Origin: Candidatus Woesebacteria bacterium
GTDB taxonomy: Bacteria > Patescibacteriota > Microgenomatia > UBA8517
Assembly (NCBI GenBank): GCA_020060565.1
Contig: JAGVAE010000001.1
Span: 130,671 to 194,670, forward strand
Reading direction: 5' to 3'
Length of the DNA stretch: 64,000 nt
Part shown: in pieces, positions 10,614 to 19,633 of the stretch
Position numbering within the stretch: position 1 is the first letter of the stretch
Layout: every line of letters starts with the position of its first letter
The notes under the pieces: generated by a model
The model's database searches: none
What the model was told of the DNA's origin: nothing
What the model saw: only the letters and a program-made list of their open reading frames with translations
Translations under genes and position numbers: made by a program

Positions 10614-11150
10614 TTAAGGCATGCAATTAGGCCAAATTGTACCTTTACCAATGCTTATTACGTACGCTGCGGTTTGTACTGCTTCTTCCGCATTAGTTCT
10701 TAAATCGGCATTGGTGTCTTCCCCCATTTTCCCTCTGTAATTTACCCATGCGGAGGCGCTAAATTGGAATAGACCTGTGTAAAGGCCATTTGGAGAACGC
10801 GATAATGGATTAAAGCCTGACTCGCACAAGGCCACATGGCGGATTACATCCGGGCTTACACCATATTGTCCCGCATACCTATTAACATATTCGTTAATTT
10901 GTTGAGAAGAGATGGGTTGAATGGTTGGATAGCTGGATGGTTGAATGGTTGGGGTTGGTTTAGGGGTGGGTGTGGGGGTAATTGTAGGAATTATGGTTGG
11001 TGTTTCTGTGGGAGTTATTGTAGGTATTACAGTTTCTTCCGCCAAAACTCTTTCCTTAGATTCATCTTCATTCATCATATATAGTGTTATTCCCTCTCCT
11101 ACAAGAATAATCAGAAGTACCGTAAGTATAATATTTTTCATCCGAGCCAT
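10614..11150 (-). CDS. Membrane-anchored lytic transglycosylase-like (SLT/lysozyme-like domain) protein with a Pro/Thr-rich linker
   Basis: An N-terminal TM helix is followed by a (P/T)-rich linker. The C-terminal domain carries ALCESGFNP...GLFQF, typical of SLT catalytic domains. Confidence 0.6.
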   Translation of the reverse strand: MARMKNIILTVLLIILVGEGITLYMMNEDESKERVLAEETVIPTITPTETPTIIPTITPTPTPKPTPTIQPSSYPTIQPISSQQINEYVNRYAGQYGVSPDVIRHVALCESGFNPLSRSPNGLYTGLFQFSASAWVNYRGKMGEDTNADLRTNAEEAVQTAAYVISIGKGTIWPNCMP

Positions 11151-11158
11151 TTTACCAC

Positions 11159-11578
11159 TTATTCTGCGGTTTCAATAAAGACTGGAGCTAAGCCGTTCTC
11201 TTTTCTGATTTCGTTGCAATCTTTACGGCCAAATGTGAAATTCCTAGCAGCATGTGACCTTTCTTCGTGAATTAAACATTCACCCTTGGGTGATCTATGA
11301 GGACAAGGACCATTTAATTGTAGTAATACAAAACCACTTGAAATGAGATGTTTTTTTCTGTTTCTTGTATAAAACGCACCCTGTACATTTTCATCTTTCA
11401 TTGTACGTAATGCTTCGATACTATCTACCCTGATGGCGTTTGGGAAAATACGTTTTCTTTCAAACTTAGTCAATTCTAAAGCTATATTTTGACAACAAAG
11501 ACCTAAGCACCCCGATCTCTTACAAGGATTTCTTTCCAACATAGTCAGGATTGTACCATTTTGTAGTGAAGACTCCAA
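11159..11578 (-). CDS. YkgJ-family (UPF0153) Zn/Fe-S cluster protein
   Basis: It has the CxxxGCxxLCC motif plus the distal GPCPH...GECLIHEERSHAARNF motif, as in YkgJ/flagellin N-methylase-like proteins. Confidence 0.55.
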   Translation of the reverse strand: MESSLQNGTILTMLERNPCKRSGCLGLCCQNIALELTKFERKRIFPNAIRVDSIEALRTMKDENVQGAFYTRNRKKHLISSGFVLLQLNGPCPHRSPKGECLIHEERSHAARNFTFGRKDCNEIRKENGLAPVFIETAE

Positions 11579-11579
11579 G

Positions 11580-11921
11580 CTATCTGATTAATATGTGTTT
11601 GAACCACTTTTCTTGGAATTCAACAAATTTTTCAATTTCTTTATTCGTAAAATTTTTTCCTTCAGGAACAATCACCAATTTATCATCATCATCATTAGTT
11701 CTATGAATGATTGCAATACATTCGCCCGAAAAGCTTTCTAGAGGGGTATCAATCCCCAAAACAAAAACATCCAACTCCTCTCCATCAGCCATTTTTGTAT
11801 CGGGAACATACCCGTAATTTACTGGATACTTATAACCATATTTTGGGTGTTTGCTACCCATGGGCCTATTTATTACAACATAGACACTTTTGTTGAGGTA
11901 ATCCTTAATATTCATTTGCAA
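11580..11921 (-). CDS. Inorganic pyrophosphatase-like protein, short form
   Basis: The segment YPVNYGYVPDTKMADGEELDVFVLG...NDDDDKLVIV aligns to the family I PPase core YPxNYGxIxxTxxxDGDPxDVLV...DExGxDxKxxxV. At 113 aa it is much shorter than canonical PPase. Confidence 0.5.
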   Translation of the reverse strand: MQMNIKDYLNKSVYVVINRPMGSKHPKYGYKYPVNYGYVPDTKMADGEELDVFVLGIDTPLESFSGECIAIIHRTNDDDDKLVIVPEGKNFTNKEIEKFVEFQEKWFKHILIR

Positions 11922-12119
11922 ATTGAAGTAGGCATGGGGGCGGAAGGGGCGCCATGTTTCACCCAGACTCCCCCATCACAAATCCAAGTATCCTCACTCA
12001 TACGAAGAAATATTAAAAGTCCCACAAAAAGAAAACCTGCTAAGATAATTGCCATTACGATTTTGTTTTTTGTTTTGATCCTGGAAAGAAACATACACAT
12101 TATTATACAATAAACACCA

Positions 12120-12623
12120 ATGATTACATTTATTCTTCCTGGGTATTCCACAAAAAATAAAGAGTGGTTGGAAGAATGTGCAAAGAGCATTAGTTCTGAA
12201 GGGTATGTCCGTCCCATCTTCTGGGACCATTGGGATGATCCTGACCAAAAGTTTGATCCCAAAGAAAAAGCAGACTTAATCTCTCGCCATTCCAAAGGAG
12301 ATAAAATAAACATCATAGCCAAATCAATTGGAACTTATGTTGCAGCCTTAATCATTGAGCAAATTCCTCATCAAATAAATAAAGTAATTATCTGTGGAAT
12401 CCCATTAAATGACATTGATGAAGGTCGCAAGGAGGAAGTTAAAAAATCTATTGAAAGTTTGGATAATGAAAAGATTGTTTGTTTCCAAAATGAGAACGAT
12501 CCACATGGATCTTATCCAGAAGTTAAAACATTTTTATCTAATGAAATCAAAATTGTTTCAAAAGATAGAGCTGACCACGATTACCCCTTTTTTGAAGAAT
12601 TCAATAATTATCTAACTTCGTAA
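12120..12623 (+). CDS. Alpha/beta hydrolase-fold serine hydrolase (YdeN/RBBP9-like)
   Basis: The N-terminus ITFILPGYS, a nucleophile-elbow-like IAKSIGT and distal D/H residues are present. The size is typical of small esterases. Confidence 0.45.
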   Translation: MITFILPGYSTKNKEWLEECAKSISSEGYVRPIFWDHWDDPDQKFDPKEKADLISRHSKGDKINIIAKSIGTYVAALIIEQIPHQINKVIICGIPLNDIDEGRKEEVKKSIESLDNEKIVCFQNENDPHGSYPEVKTFLSNEIKIVSKDRADHDYPFFEEFNNYLTS

Positions 12624-13378
12624 CTTAGAGAGACTGCAACATTTAATTCAGTTTGTCCAGGTTGAATATCTGGTTGGGCAACAGGCACTCCACTACCTGC
12701 AGAATCTATAGATAACTTTTCAGCATAGACGGGTCTAACTATATTTTGATTTTGGTTTTCAGAAACATTGATTACTCTTCCTAAGGTTATACCTGCAGCC
12801 TTTGCAAGTCCTTCGGCTTTGGCTTTAGCTTCTTTTACAGCTTCAACTCTTGCTTCATTCATTTTTTCAGTTTTAGTTGATTCATTGAGGTCAAAACTAA
12901 TACTTCCCACAACATTTGCACCAGCCGCAGTTGCGGCAACAACTATATCGTTTACTTTATCAAAATCTTTAACTGTAACTATGTAATTCGTTGAAACTTG
13001 ATAACCTGTAATTCTTTGGACGTTGCTTGAGTAGTCATATTGAGGATAGACATTATATGCGGAAGTTTTGATGTCTTTCTCCTCTACTCCAAGTTTTTTA
13101 ATAGCGTCTGTTAGTGTTTTAGACTTTGTATTAACAGCATTCTGGACAGTTTTCAGAGAACTGCCATTCTCTTGGATTCCCAAAGTTATGTTTGCAACAT
13201 CAGGAGTTACCGAGACCTTTCCCTCCCCTGTTACAATAAAAGGCTCACCTTTGGACTGAGTGGTTGAACTAAAATTAATTGCAGGTCCCCACTTAGCAAA
13301 AACAAAAAGAAGAACAAAAAATATTACAACTGCTGGAATCGCTGCTGATTGTGGTGGTACTACCTTCTTTTCTTCCAT
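12608..13378 (-). CDS. SIMPL (DUF541) domain periplasmic/outer-membrane protein, YggE-like
   Basis: An N-terminal TM or signal segment is present. The segment VTGEGKVSVTPDVANITLGIQ...YQVSTNYIVTVKDFDKVNDIV...ARVEAVKEAKAKAEGLAKAAG is the typical SIMPL architecture. Confidence 0.8.
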   Translation of the reverse strand: MEEKKVVPPQSAAIPAVVIFFVLLFVFAKWGPAINFSSTTQSKGEPFIVTGEGKVSVTPDVANITLGIQENGSSLKTVQNAVNTKSKTLTDAIKKLGVEEKDIKTSAYNVYPQYDYSSNVQRITGYQVSTNYIVTVKDFDKVNDIVVAATAAGANVVGSISFDLNESTKTEKMNEARVEAVKEAKAKAEGLAKAAGITLGRVINVSENQNQNIVRPVYAEKLSIDSAGSGVPVAQPDIQPGQTELNVAVSLSYEVR

Positions 13379-13431
13379 TAATTAATACTAATGCTAATTG
13401 TGTTTTTTTGCAATTGTGATTAAATTAGAAT

Positions 13432-13749
13432 ATGAACCTCACAAAACAGGATTTAAAAGCGTTTAAAGGTTTAATTGAGGAAACTTTTGATAATAAGATT
13501 AAGGAAAAGGGTCTTTCAACCAAAGACGATCTAAAGAGCTTTGCAACTAAAGATGATTTAAATGCTATCAAAAGTGATACAAATAATATTCAAGAAGTTA
13601 TAAAAACATTGGCAACCAAAAAAGATGTTCAGAAAATCGATAAAAAATTTGATAAGTTATTCAATTTTTTAGACAAAGATTATTTAAGAGTTAAGAGAGA
13701 CGTGCGTGAGATTGAATCTCATCTAAATATCCCCGTATCTGATTTTTGA
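13432..13749 (+). CDS. Hypothetical coiled-coil protein
   Basis: The 105-aa ORF is Lys/Asp-rich with a heptad character. Confidence 0.3.
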   Translation: MNLTKQDLKAFKGLIEETFDNKIKEKGLSTKDDLKSFATKDDLNAIKSDTNNIQEVIKTLATKKDVQKIDKKFDKLFNFLDKDYLRVKRDVREIESHLNIPVSDF

Positions 13750-13816
13750 TCTTCAGGTTTGACAAAGAAGAAAGTGAGTTGCAAATACAGAAATCAAGTA
13801 GTACACTTCAGGCCAA

Positions 13817-14180
13817 ATGGCACCGATTGAAGCAAAAGTCTTTTTTGTTGATGACGAAAGATCCCACCATGAACTGGGCAGGGTTTATCTTGAACAGGCA
13901 GGCCACCAAATAGTGGAAACTGCTAGGACTGTGGAGGAAGCTATGGCAAAAATCCCCACTTGATAAAAAGGGTGTGAATGTTGCCGTTGTAGATGGTAAT
14001 CTTTCAAAGGAATATGGAGGTACAAGAGATGGTGAAAAAATAGTCTCTGAAATTAAAAAACAACATCCTCAAATTAAAGTTATTGGACACGCATCAGACG
14101 ACCTTATCTATAATGCTGATGTTAACAGCACAAAATTTCAAGGTAGTGAGAGACTGGTGGAAACCGTAACGAATATCTAA
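13817..14180 (+). pseudogene. CheY-like stand-alone receiver domain gene, interrupted by a +1 frameshift in a C4 run
   Basis: Part 1 (13817-13963) reads MAPIEAKVFFVDDERSHH...EEAMAKIPT then TGA. Part 2 (13974-14180, +1 frame) reads NVAVVDGNL...IKVIGHASDD. Removing one C from CCCC at 13954-13957 restores a continuous 121-aa receiver with the DD, D and S/K landmarks. Confidence 0.5.
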
Positions 14181-14183
14181 ACC

Positions 14184-17100
14184 TTAAATCTCTTCCTCTT
14201 CATCAACTGCTTTTTCCAAAACTGCGGCGGCGGCAACCGAATCTCCTTTATCTGCAAAGCGCATTAAGATTACTCCCTGAGTTGCACGACCTAGTTCTGG
14301 AATGTTTCTTAGTGGAAGCTTTATCACTTGTCCCATTTTTGAAGTAATGATTATCTGGTCAATGTTTGGTGTAACCATTGCCGCGGTTTTAAGATCTCCC
14401 GTTTTATCTGTTACAACTGCAGCCTTAACTCCTTTACCTGCCCTCTTTTGTACCGGGAATAAATGAATTGGAGTACGCTTTCCCAGCCCTTTTTCTGCAA
14501 TTGTTAGGATGTCTCTAAAATATTTCTTTCTTTTGTCAGTTGGAATGTTCTCTTTTGCTGGGAAAACATCCATTCCAATAAGCTCATCATTGCCCTCCAT
14601 TTTTATTCCCGTTACTCCAGTTGTTGCTCTTCCCATGGGGCGCACATTTGCCTCGGGGAACCTTATTGATTTTGCAGCCTTTGTTAAAAGAATGATGTGG
14701 TCATCTCCCCCTGTTGGGTGAACTGAAATAAGTTGGTCATCACTTTTTAGTTTGATAGCAATAAGCCCCGATGCTCTAAGATTTTCAAACTCTCCTATTT
14801 TTGTTTTTTTGATTACCCCACTCTTTGTTGCCATTATTAGATTTTTAATTCCGCTATCTTTGGCAAGAGGTAGAACACTCCTTATTTCCTCCCCGCTCTC
14901 AAGATTTAGAAGATTTACAAGTGCCTGACCTTTGGCCTGACGGGAAGTTTCGGGAATCTCCCAGGCTTTTGTCCCAAAAACTCGGCCTTTATTGGTAAAG
15001 AATAAAATTTGGTCATGAGTGGAGGCTGATAAAATATGTTCTATTTCATCCTCTTCTTTTGTAGTCATTCCGATTACACCCTTTCCACCCCTTCTTTGGG
15101 CTCTGTAGCTCGTTGCTGAAAGCCTTTTAATATATCCAGTCTTTGTGATAGTTATTAGAGTTTCTTCTTTGGCAACTAAATCTTCCTCACTGATTTCCCC
15201 CAAAGCGGATTTATATATTTTAGTTCTCCTTGTGTCTCCATATTTTTCTTTTAATTCTGTAAGTTCTTTGGTAATAATATCCAAAACTTTTTGTGGATCG
15301 CGTAGAATTGATACAAGCCGGTCAATTAGTTTTTCAATTTCTTCATATTCTTTCTCAATCTTCTCGCGCTCCAAAGCTGCAAGACGCCTAAGCTGCATAT
15401 CAAGTATTGCAGTTGCTTGAATTTCGGAAAGCTTAAATCTGGTGATTAAATTGGTCTTGGCGTCATCCTGGGTTTTACTCTCCCTAATGGTTTTGATTAC
15501 TGCATCAAGATTATCAAGGGCAATCTTAAGTCCTTCTAAAATATGTGCACGTTTCTTGGCTTCGGTTAGATCAAAAATAGTTCGTCTTGTGACCACCTTT
15601 TGTCTGTGCTTTACAAACTCAGACAAAATTTGTTTAAGATTTAAAGTATGTGGAGTTCCATCAACAAGTGCGACAAAATTAGCAGGGAAAGAACTTTGAA
15701 GACGTGTGTGTTTATAAATATTGTTTAAAACCGACTTGGGTTTGGCATCACGCTTCAGATCCACCACAACTCTCATACCATCTTTATCTGATTCGTCTCT
15801 AAGGTCGGCAATTCCAACAACTTTTTTATCCTTAACCAGTTCTGCAATTTTGGCAACTAATTCGGCTTTGTTTACTTGATATGGAAGCTCAGTAATAATT
15901 ATTTGGGTTTTACCTTTTGCACCTTCCGTTATCTCCGCAATTCCTCTTACCACAATTCTCCCGCGACCCGTTGCATATACCTCTTTAAGAGAATTTGCAT
16001 CATAAATTGCACCCCCTGTTGGAAAATCTGGACCTGGAATTACTTTTGTTAATTCTTCAAGTTCAATTTCACTTTCAAAGGAAATTGACTTAGGATCAAC
16101 CTCCTCTTCTGTTAATCCTTTTTCCTGCCCTGCTGCAACCAAATTAATCTTTTTGAGTACGAAATCGGTCTGATCTTTTTGCTCAGTACCTTCTGTAATT
16201 ACTTTTCCCTTGGCAATCATTGCGACGATTGCATCAACAACTTCGTTTAAATTATGGGGAGGGATTTTAGTAGCCATTCCAACTGCAATACCTTCCGACC
16301 CCATTAGAAGCAAGTTAGGTAAAACCGAGGGAAGATATACTGGTTCTTTCATTGTTGCATCAAAAGTGTCTGTAAAATCTACGGTGTCTTTTTCCATGTC
16401 AGAAAGCATCATGTCTGAAATCTTTGCAAGCTTCACCTCGGTATTATGACTAATAAACCCGTTTGAAATAAATGAATGATTTGAGCTGTCAACTCCTATA
16501 GAATAAACACGTTCTTTTGTTGAATTTTCGACTTTTGTAATTTTATCGAATAAAAATCCGTTTTTAGAAATTTCTTCAAATACTGTTCTATCCTCCTTAT
16601 CTAGAATTTTATTTAACTCAGGCCATATATTTTTAAGTTTTGAATACCTATCAAAATTATGTTTTTTAAGCCAGTCTGTGTTTTTAGCATACTTAACCGA
16701 ATTTCGAACATATTCTGAAATAAATGGAATAAAATCGGTTTTACTCATTACCCAATCATCGGAATTCATTTCTGAAATTTCCATTAATTTCTTATTTTTC
16801 CTTTCGGAAACAAATCCGACCCTGTCTTTAAACAGATTTAGATTATTTCGACCTCTGAATAACAACTTATGAATATCTTTTGACGGCTGATATCTATTTG
16901 ACGATTCAATCCCAAATCTGAGTAAAATAATTTGCAGCTCTGAAAGTAGTTTTTTACTTTTTGAGATGAAGGATATTTCAGGAGCGCCTGACAAATAAAC
17001 ACTTCCATCCCCTTCAGCATATCCTTTCAAGAAAGCAGACAAACTTTCTTTTGATGATAAAAATATTATCTTCGGAACCGTCTTTTCCCCTGCTCTTGCC

Positions 17101-18107
17101 CTAACTAGTCCCAAGTTATTTAAAAATTGAATAATCTGAAGAGAATGAATTTCAAGTGATATATATGGTTTTTTGGTAAAACCTACAGGATTTCTTTTAA
17201 ATTCATGCAATCTGCAATCAGGAAAGACTTTAGCAAAAGCCGTTTTAAAAGCTTCAAGATATTCACTGTCGCTATTTGTAAAGCCTATTTGTTCTTTTGA
17301 AACACTACCCTCTGCAATTAAAGATCCTAAAATAAATGCCAGATCGGGAGACATCTTTTTTGGAAGTTTATGTTCATCAGTTCTTTTATCTTTTAACTTG
17401 GGGTAAAAACTGGTAAGTATCGGGTCGGTTGGAAATAATTCATCTGACCTGTTTATTACTGCATATTCTCCATTTTTAATTCCACCCAGCATTTTCCAGG
17501 CAAGAGATGGTTTTCCGTTCTCATCAAACCCCCAGGTTAAGATGGGATGATTAACTGATCCCTGAAGAGAGAAACCCCTGAAAGTTTCTATCTTTATTGT
17601 TGGGTGAACCCCTGAATCAAACCATTTTGGTGCATTTTTAACTATATTGTTGTAAGAAAGTATCTTTACATTTTTCCTTCCACCAACATCCTTTATTCTT
17701 TCAAGTCCACCATCGGTAATAACCAAAGAGTCGCCTGTGACACAATACCTCATTGCAGCTGCAGGATCACCATCAACAGAACCAAAGTTTCCCTGTCCAT
17801 GAACCAGTGGGTATCTCATGGAGAAAGTCTGCGCCAAGCGCACCATAGCATCATACACTGCAGTATCTCCATGTGGATGATACTTGCCCAATACTTCTCC
17901 TACGACCTTAGCAGACTTTGTTGTAGAAGAGCCTGTAAAATGAAGTCCCATTAAATGCATTGCATAAAGAATGCGTCTATGAACGGGTTTAAGGCCATCA
18001 CGGACATCAGGAAGGGCACGGGCAACAATGACACTCATTGCATAGTCCAAGTAGGATTTTGAAAGCTCAGTTGTAATTTCTGTGAGTTGAATTTTACCTA
18101 TATCCAT
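14184..18107 (-). CDS. gyrA: DNA gyrase subunit A, intein-containing
   Basis: The N-extein carries [26 protein letters not shown] and AAAMRY (active-site Tyr). The C-extein carries TEVKLAK...[15 protein letters not shown]...[10 protein letters not shown] and the C-terminal beta-pinwheel repeats. Confidence 0.9.
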   Translation of the reverse strand: MDIGKIQLTEITTELSKSYLDYAMSVIVARALPDVRDGLKPVHRRILYAMHLMGLHFTGSSTTKSAKVVGEVLGKYHPHGDTAVYDAMVRLAQTFSMRYPLVHGQGNFGSVDGDPAAAMRYCVTGDSLVITDGGLERIKDVGGRKNVKILSYNNIVKNAPKWFDSGVHPTIKIETFRGFSLQGSVNHPILTWGFDENGKPSLAWKMLGGIKNGEYAVINRSDELFPTDPILTSFYPKLKDKRTDEHKLPKKMSPDLAFILGSLIAEGSVSKEQIGFTNSDSEYLEAFKTAFAKVFPDCRLHEFKRNPVGFTKKPYISLEIHSLQIIQFLNNLGLVRARAGEKTVPKIIFLSSKESLSAFLKGYAEGDGSVYLSGAPEISFISKSKKLLSELQIILLRFGIESSNRYQPSKDIHKLLFRGRNNLNLFKDRVGFVSERKNKKLMEISEMNSDDWVMSKTDFIPFISEYVRNSVKYAKNTDWLKKHNFDRYSKLKNIWPELNKILDKEDRTVFEEISKNGFLFDKITKVENSTKERVYSIGVDSSNHSFISNGFISHNTEVKLAKISDMMLSDMEKDTVDFTDTFDATMKEPVYLPSVLPNLLLMGSEGIAVGMATKIPPHNLNEVVDAIVAMIAKGKVITEGTEQKDQTDFVLKKINLVAAGQEKGLTEEEVDPKSISFESEIELEELTKVIPGPDFPTGGAIYDANSLKEVYATGRGRIVVRGIAEITEGAKGKTQIIITELPYQVNKAELVAKIAELVKDKKVVGIADLRDESDKDGMRVVVDLKRDAKPKSVLNNIYKHTRLQSSFPANFVALVDGTPHTLNLKQILSEFVKHRQKVVTRRTIFDLTEAKKRAHILEGLKIALDNLDAVIKTIRESKTQDDAKTNLITRFKLSEIQATAILDMQLRRLAALEREKIEKEYEEIEKLIDRLVSILRDPQKVLDIITKELTELKEKYGDTRRTKIYKSALGEISEEDLVAKEETLITITKTGYIKRLSATSYRAQRRGGKGVIGMTTKEEDEIEHILSASTHDQILFFTNKGRVFGTKAWEIPETSRQAKGQALVNLLNLESGEEIRSVLPLAKDSGIKNLIMATKSGVIKKTKIGEFENLRASGLIAIKLKSDDQLISVHPTGGDDHIILLTKAAKSIRFPEANVRPMGRATTGVTGIKMEGNDELIGMDVFPAKENIPTDKRKKYFRDILTIAEKGLGKRTPIHLFPVQKRAGKGVKAAVVTDKTGDLKTAAMVTPNIDQIIITSKMGQVIKLPLRNIPELGRATQGVILMRFADKGDSVAAAAVLEKAVDEEEEI
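16443..17744 (-). mobile_element. GyrA intein (434 aa) with LAGLIDADG homing endonuclease domain
   Basis: It starts with Cys immediately after the active-site Tyr (AAAMRY|CVTGDSLV) and ends HN|T (FISHN|TEVKLAK). It contains two LAGLIDADG-like motifs ([14 protein letters not shown] and [12 protein letters not shown]). Confidence 0.8.
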
Positions 18108-18143
18108 GAGTACAAAATGAGGCTACTTCAGCCTCAAATCATT

Positions 18144-18175
18144 TTAACCCTTTGAAGCCCTAGAAGCAATGGGAA
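18144..18175. repeat. 32-nt exact intergenic repeat, copy 1 (TTAACCCTTTGAAGCCCTAGAAGCAATGGGAA)
   Basis: An identical 32-mer occurs at 19586-19617. This copy lies 37 nt upstream of the gyrA start on the - strand and just downstream of the sortase. Confidence 0.6.
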
Positions 18176-18183
18176 AAGGAACT

Positions 18184-18762
18184 TCAAATAGGTTTGGCAG
18201 TAATTATTGCTCTTTGAGAGTCAAAAAGTCCCCAGCAGGTGTAGACGGTAAGAACCTCCGTGTTTGTTGGTGAAACAGCTTCTACCCTTTCCGGCGATAC
18301 AAAGTGTTTTTGATATACAACATAGGTATAAATTTTCTCGCTTTTGGTTTTGATAGATATCTTTTGTCCTAGGCTTAGATATGGAAGATTGCCAAAAACA
18401 GCCTTTTTATTGTGGCCGTAAATTACAATGTTTCCCCCACCCCCAGGTACGGCTGATGTATCAAGAAAAGTGGCGTTGTTATCCGAAATTTGCCAGACGC
18501 CATCTTTAATTTGTCCCGGATCCACCCTTAAGTCCATTTTAATGGAGGGAATTATAATTTCTACGGGAATGTCCAAGTTTTGGGTACTTTTGGAAGCTGA
18601 GGCTGGAACTTTAGAAAACGACAAAATTCTAACTCTGTAGTAATTAAAAGCGCCAAAAGAAAAAATAAGAAGGCCGATAAGAACTAAAACAAAGGGGAAA
18701 AGCTTACTTTTTCGAAGAAGCCTTTTTAAGGTTTTTGATGCCGAATGCAGAAAGTGTTCCAC
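18184..18762 (-). CDS. Sortase family transpeptidase
   Basis: There is an N-terminal TM anchor. The conserved His (NIVIYGHN) and the TLxTC-type active-site motif (LTVYTCWG) are present, and the protein is 192 aa. Confidence 0.65.
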   Translation of the reverse strand: MEHFLHSASKTLKRLLRKSKLFPFVLVLIGLLIFSFGAFNYYRVRILSFSKVPASASKSTQNLDIPVEIIIPSIKMDLRVDPGQIKDGVWQISDNNATFLDTSAVPGGGGNIVIYGHNKKAVFGNLPYLSLGQKISIKTKSEKIYTYVVYQKHFVSPERVEAVSPTNTEVLTVYTCWGLFDSQRAIITAKPI

Positions 18763-19483
18763 CTAAAGTCATTATAGCTAAATATAAGTCTTCGGCAAAG
18801 TTTCCGGTACCTGCCATTGTAGATGCTCCCAATACTTGTGTAGATGCTCCCAATACTTGTACTTGGGAAGCACCGACAGTGTTGCCGCTGCAGTCGTTGT
18901 TGGCACAACCTAATCCGTCTCCACCACCATCATGAACAACAGTAACTGTGGTAACAGTAGCTACAGGTGTAGCAGTAGGAATTATTTCTTCTTCTGATGG
19001 ATAACAAACACCGTCTATAAGGTCATATCCCTGAGGTGCGGTAGGGATAGAATCCATCCATTCAGCATTGTCATCCTTAAAACTCTTGATCTGATCATTG
19101 GTCATCTTATAATCGTCTTTCAAGACACTATCCTGGGGACGATGACATTTATGGGGATCTTTGTTATCTTTATTATAAGAGACCTTTATTTCAGGAGTAT
19201 ATAAGACTTTATCGGTATACATCTTATATTTGTCATTTCCTGTTCCGAAATCTTTTTTACAGGCTTTTGTTTTATCATCACTAGTGTAGGCCAATTCGTC
19301 AGTCGGACAAACCATTAATGAAATTACTGGGCAAGAGTAAACACAATAATCAACCTTTGGGGTAGCACTTGGTTTAACCTTTGCCGAAACCGACGAGAAT
19401 GATTGACCCAGAAGAAAACACGCAACAGCGAACACTGCTGTAAGGGTTAAGATGGAAACCTCGCCTGTGTTTAATTTACTCAT
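18704..19483 (-). CDS. Secreted Cys-rich protein with C-terminal sortase-type sorting signal (candidate sortase substrate)
   Basis: It has an N-terminal signal peptide. The C-terminus reads GGGDGLGCANNDCS...QVLGASTQVLGAST, then a hydrophobic stretch, then KNLKKASSKK. It lies immediately upstream of the sortase on the same strand. Confidence 0.45.
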   Translation of the reverse strand: MSKLNTGEVSILTLTAVFAVACFLLGQSFSSVSAKVKPSATPKVDYCVYSCPVISLMVCPTDELAYTSDDKTKACKKDFGTGNDKYKMYTDKVLYTPEIKVSYNKDNKDPHKCHRPQDSVLKDDYKMTNDQIKSFKDDNAEWMDSIPTAPQGYDLIDGVCYPSEEEIIPTATPVATVTTVTVVHDGGGDGLGCANNDCSGNTVGASQVQVLGASTQVLGASTMAGTGNFAEDLYLAIMTLGGTLSAFGIKNLKKASSKK

Positions 19484-19585
19484 ATTTTTCTAAACTGGGC
19501 TGGTGTTATCAGCACTTTTTCAATATGTCAAGTATTAGTTATGGGTTTACCACTTTTTTCTTTTAGCGATCCAATAACCAACTCC

Positions 19586-19617
19586 TTAACCCTTTGAAGC
19601 CCTAGAAGCAATGGGAA
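19586..19617. repeat. 32-nt exact intergenic repeat, copy 2
   Basis: It is identical to 18144-18175. It lies between the 1301-aa surface protein stop and the 259-aa protein start. Confidence 0.6.
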
Positions 19618-19633
19618 GATGGTTAAAACTGCT

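Noticed and set aside
10930-11060. A GGTTGG-rich repetitive DNA stretch
   Set aside because: It is the coding sequence of a Pro/Thr-rich linker (TPTITPTETPT...) in the lytic transglycosylase-like protein. It is not a CRISPR array or regulatory repeat.
11912-12322. A 136-aa - strand ORF overlapping the start of the alpha/beta hydrolase gene by about 200 bp
   Set aside because: The long form collides with a motif-supported + strand gene. A short C-terminal membrane peptide from an internal Met (about 11912-12053) might be real, but it is unsupported.
14509-17406. Several 60-90 aa + strand ORFs inside gyrA, and similar antisense ORFs inside the hppA, gyrB, pilB, 1301-aa and 910-aa genes
   Set aside because: They are antisense or shadow ORFs within long, motif-verified genes.
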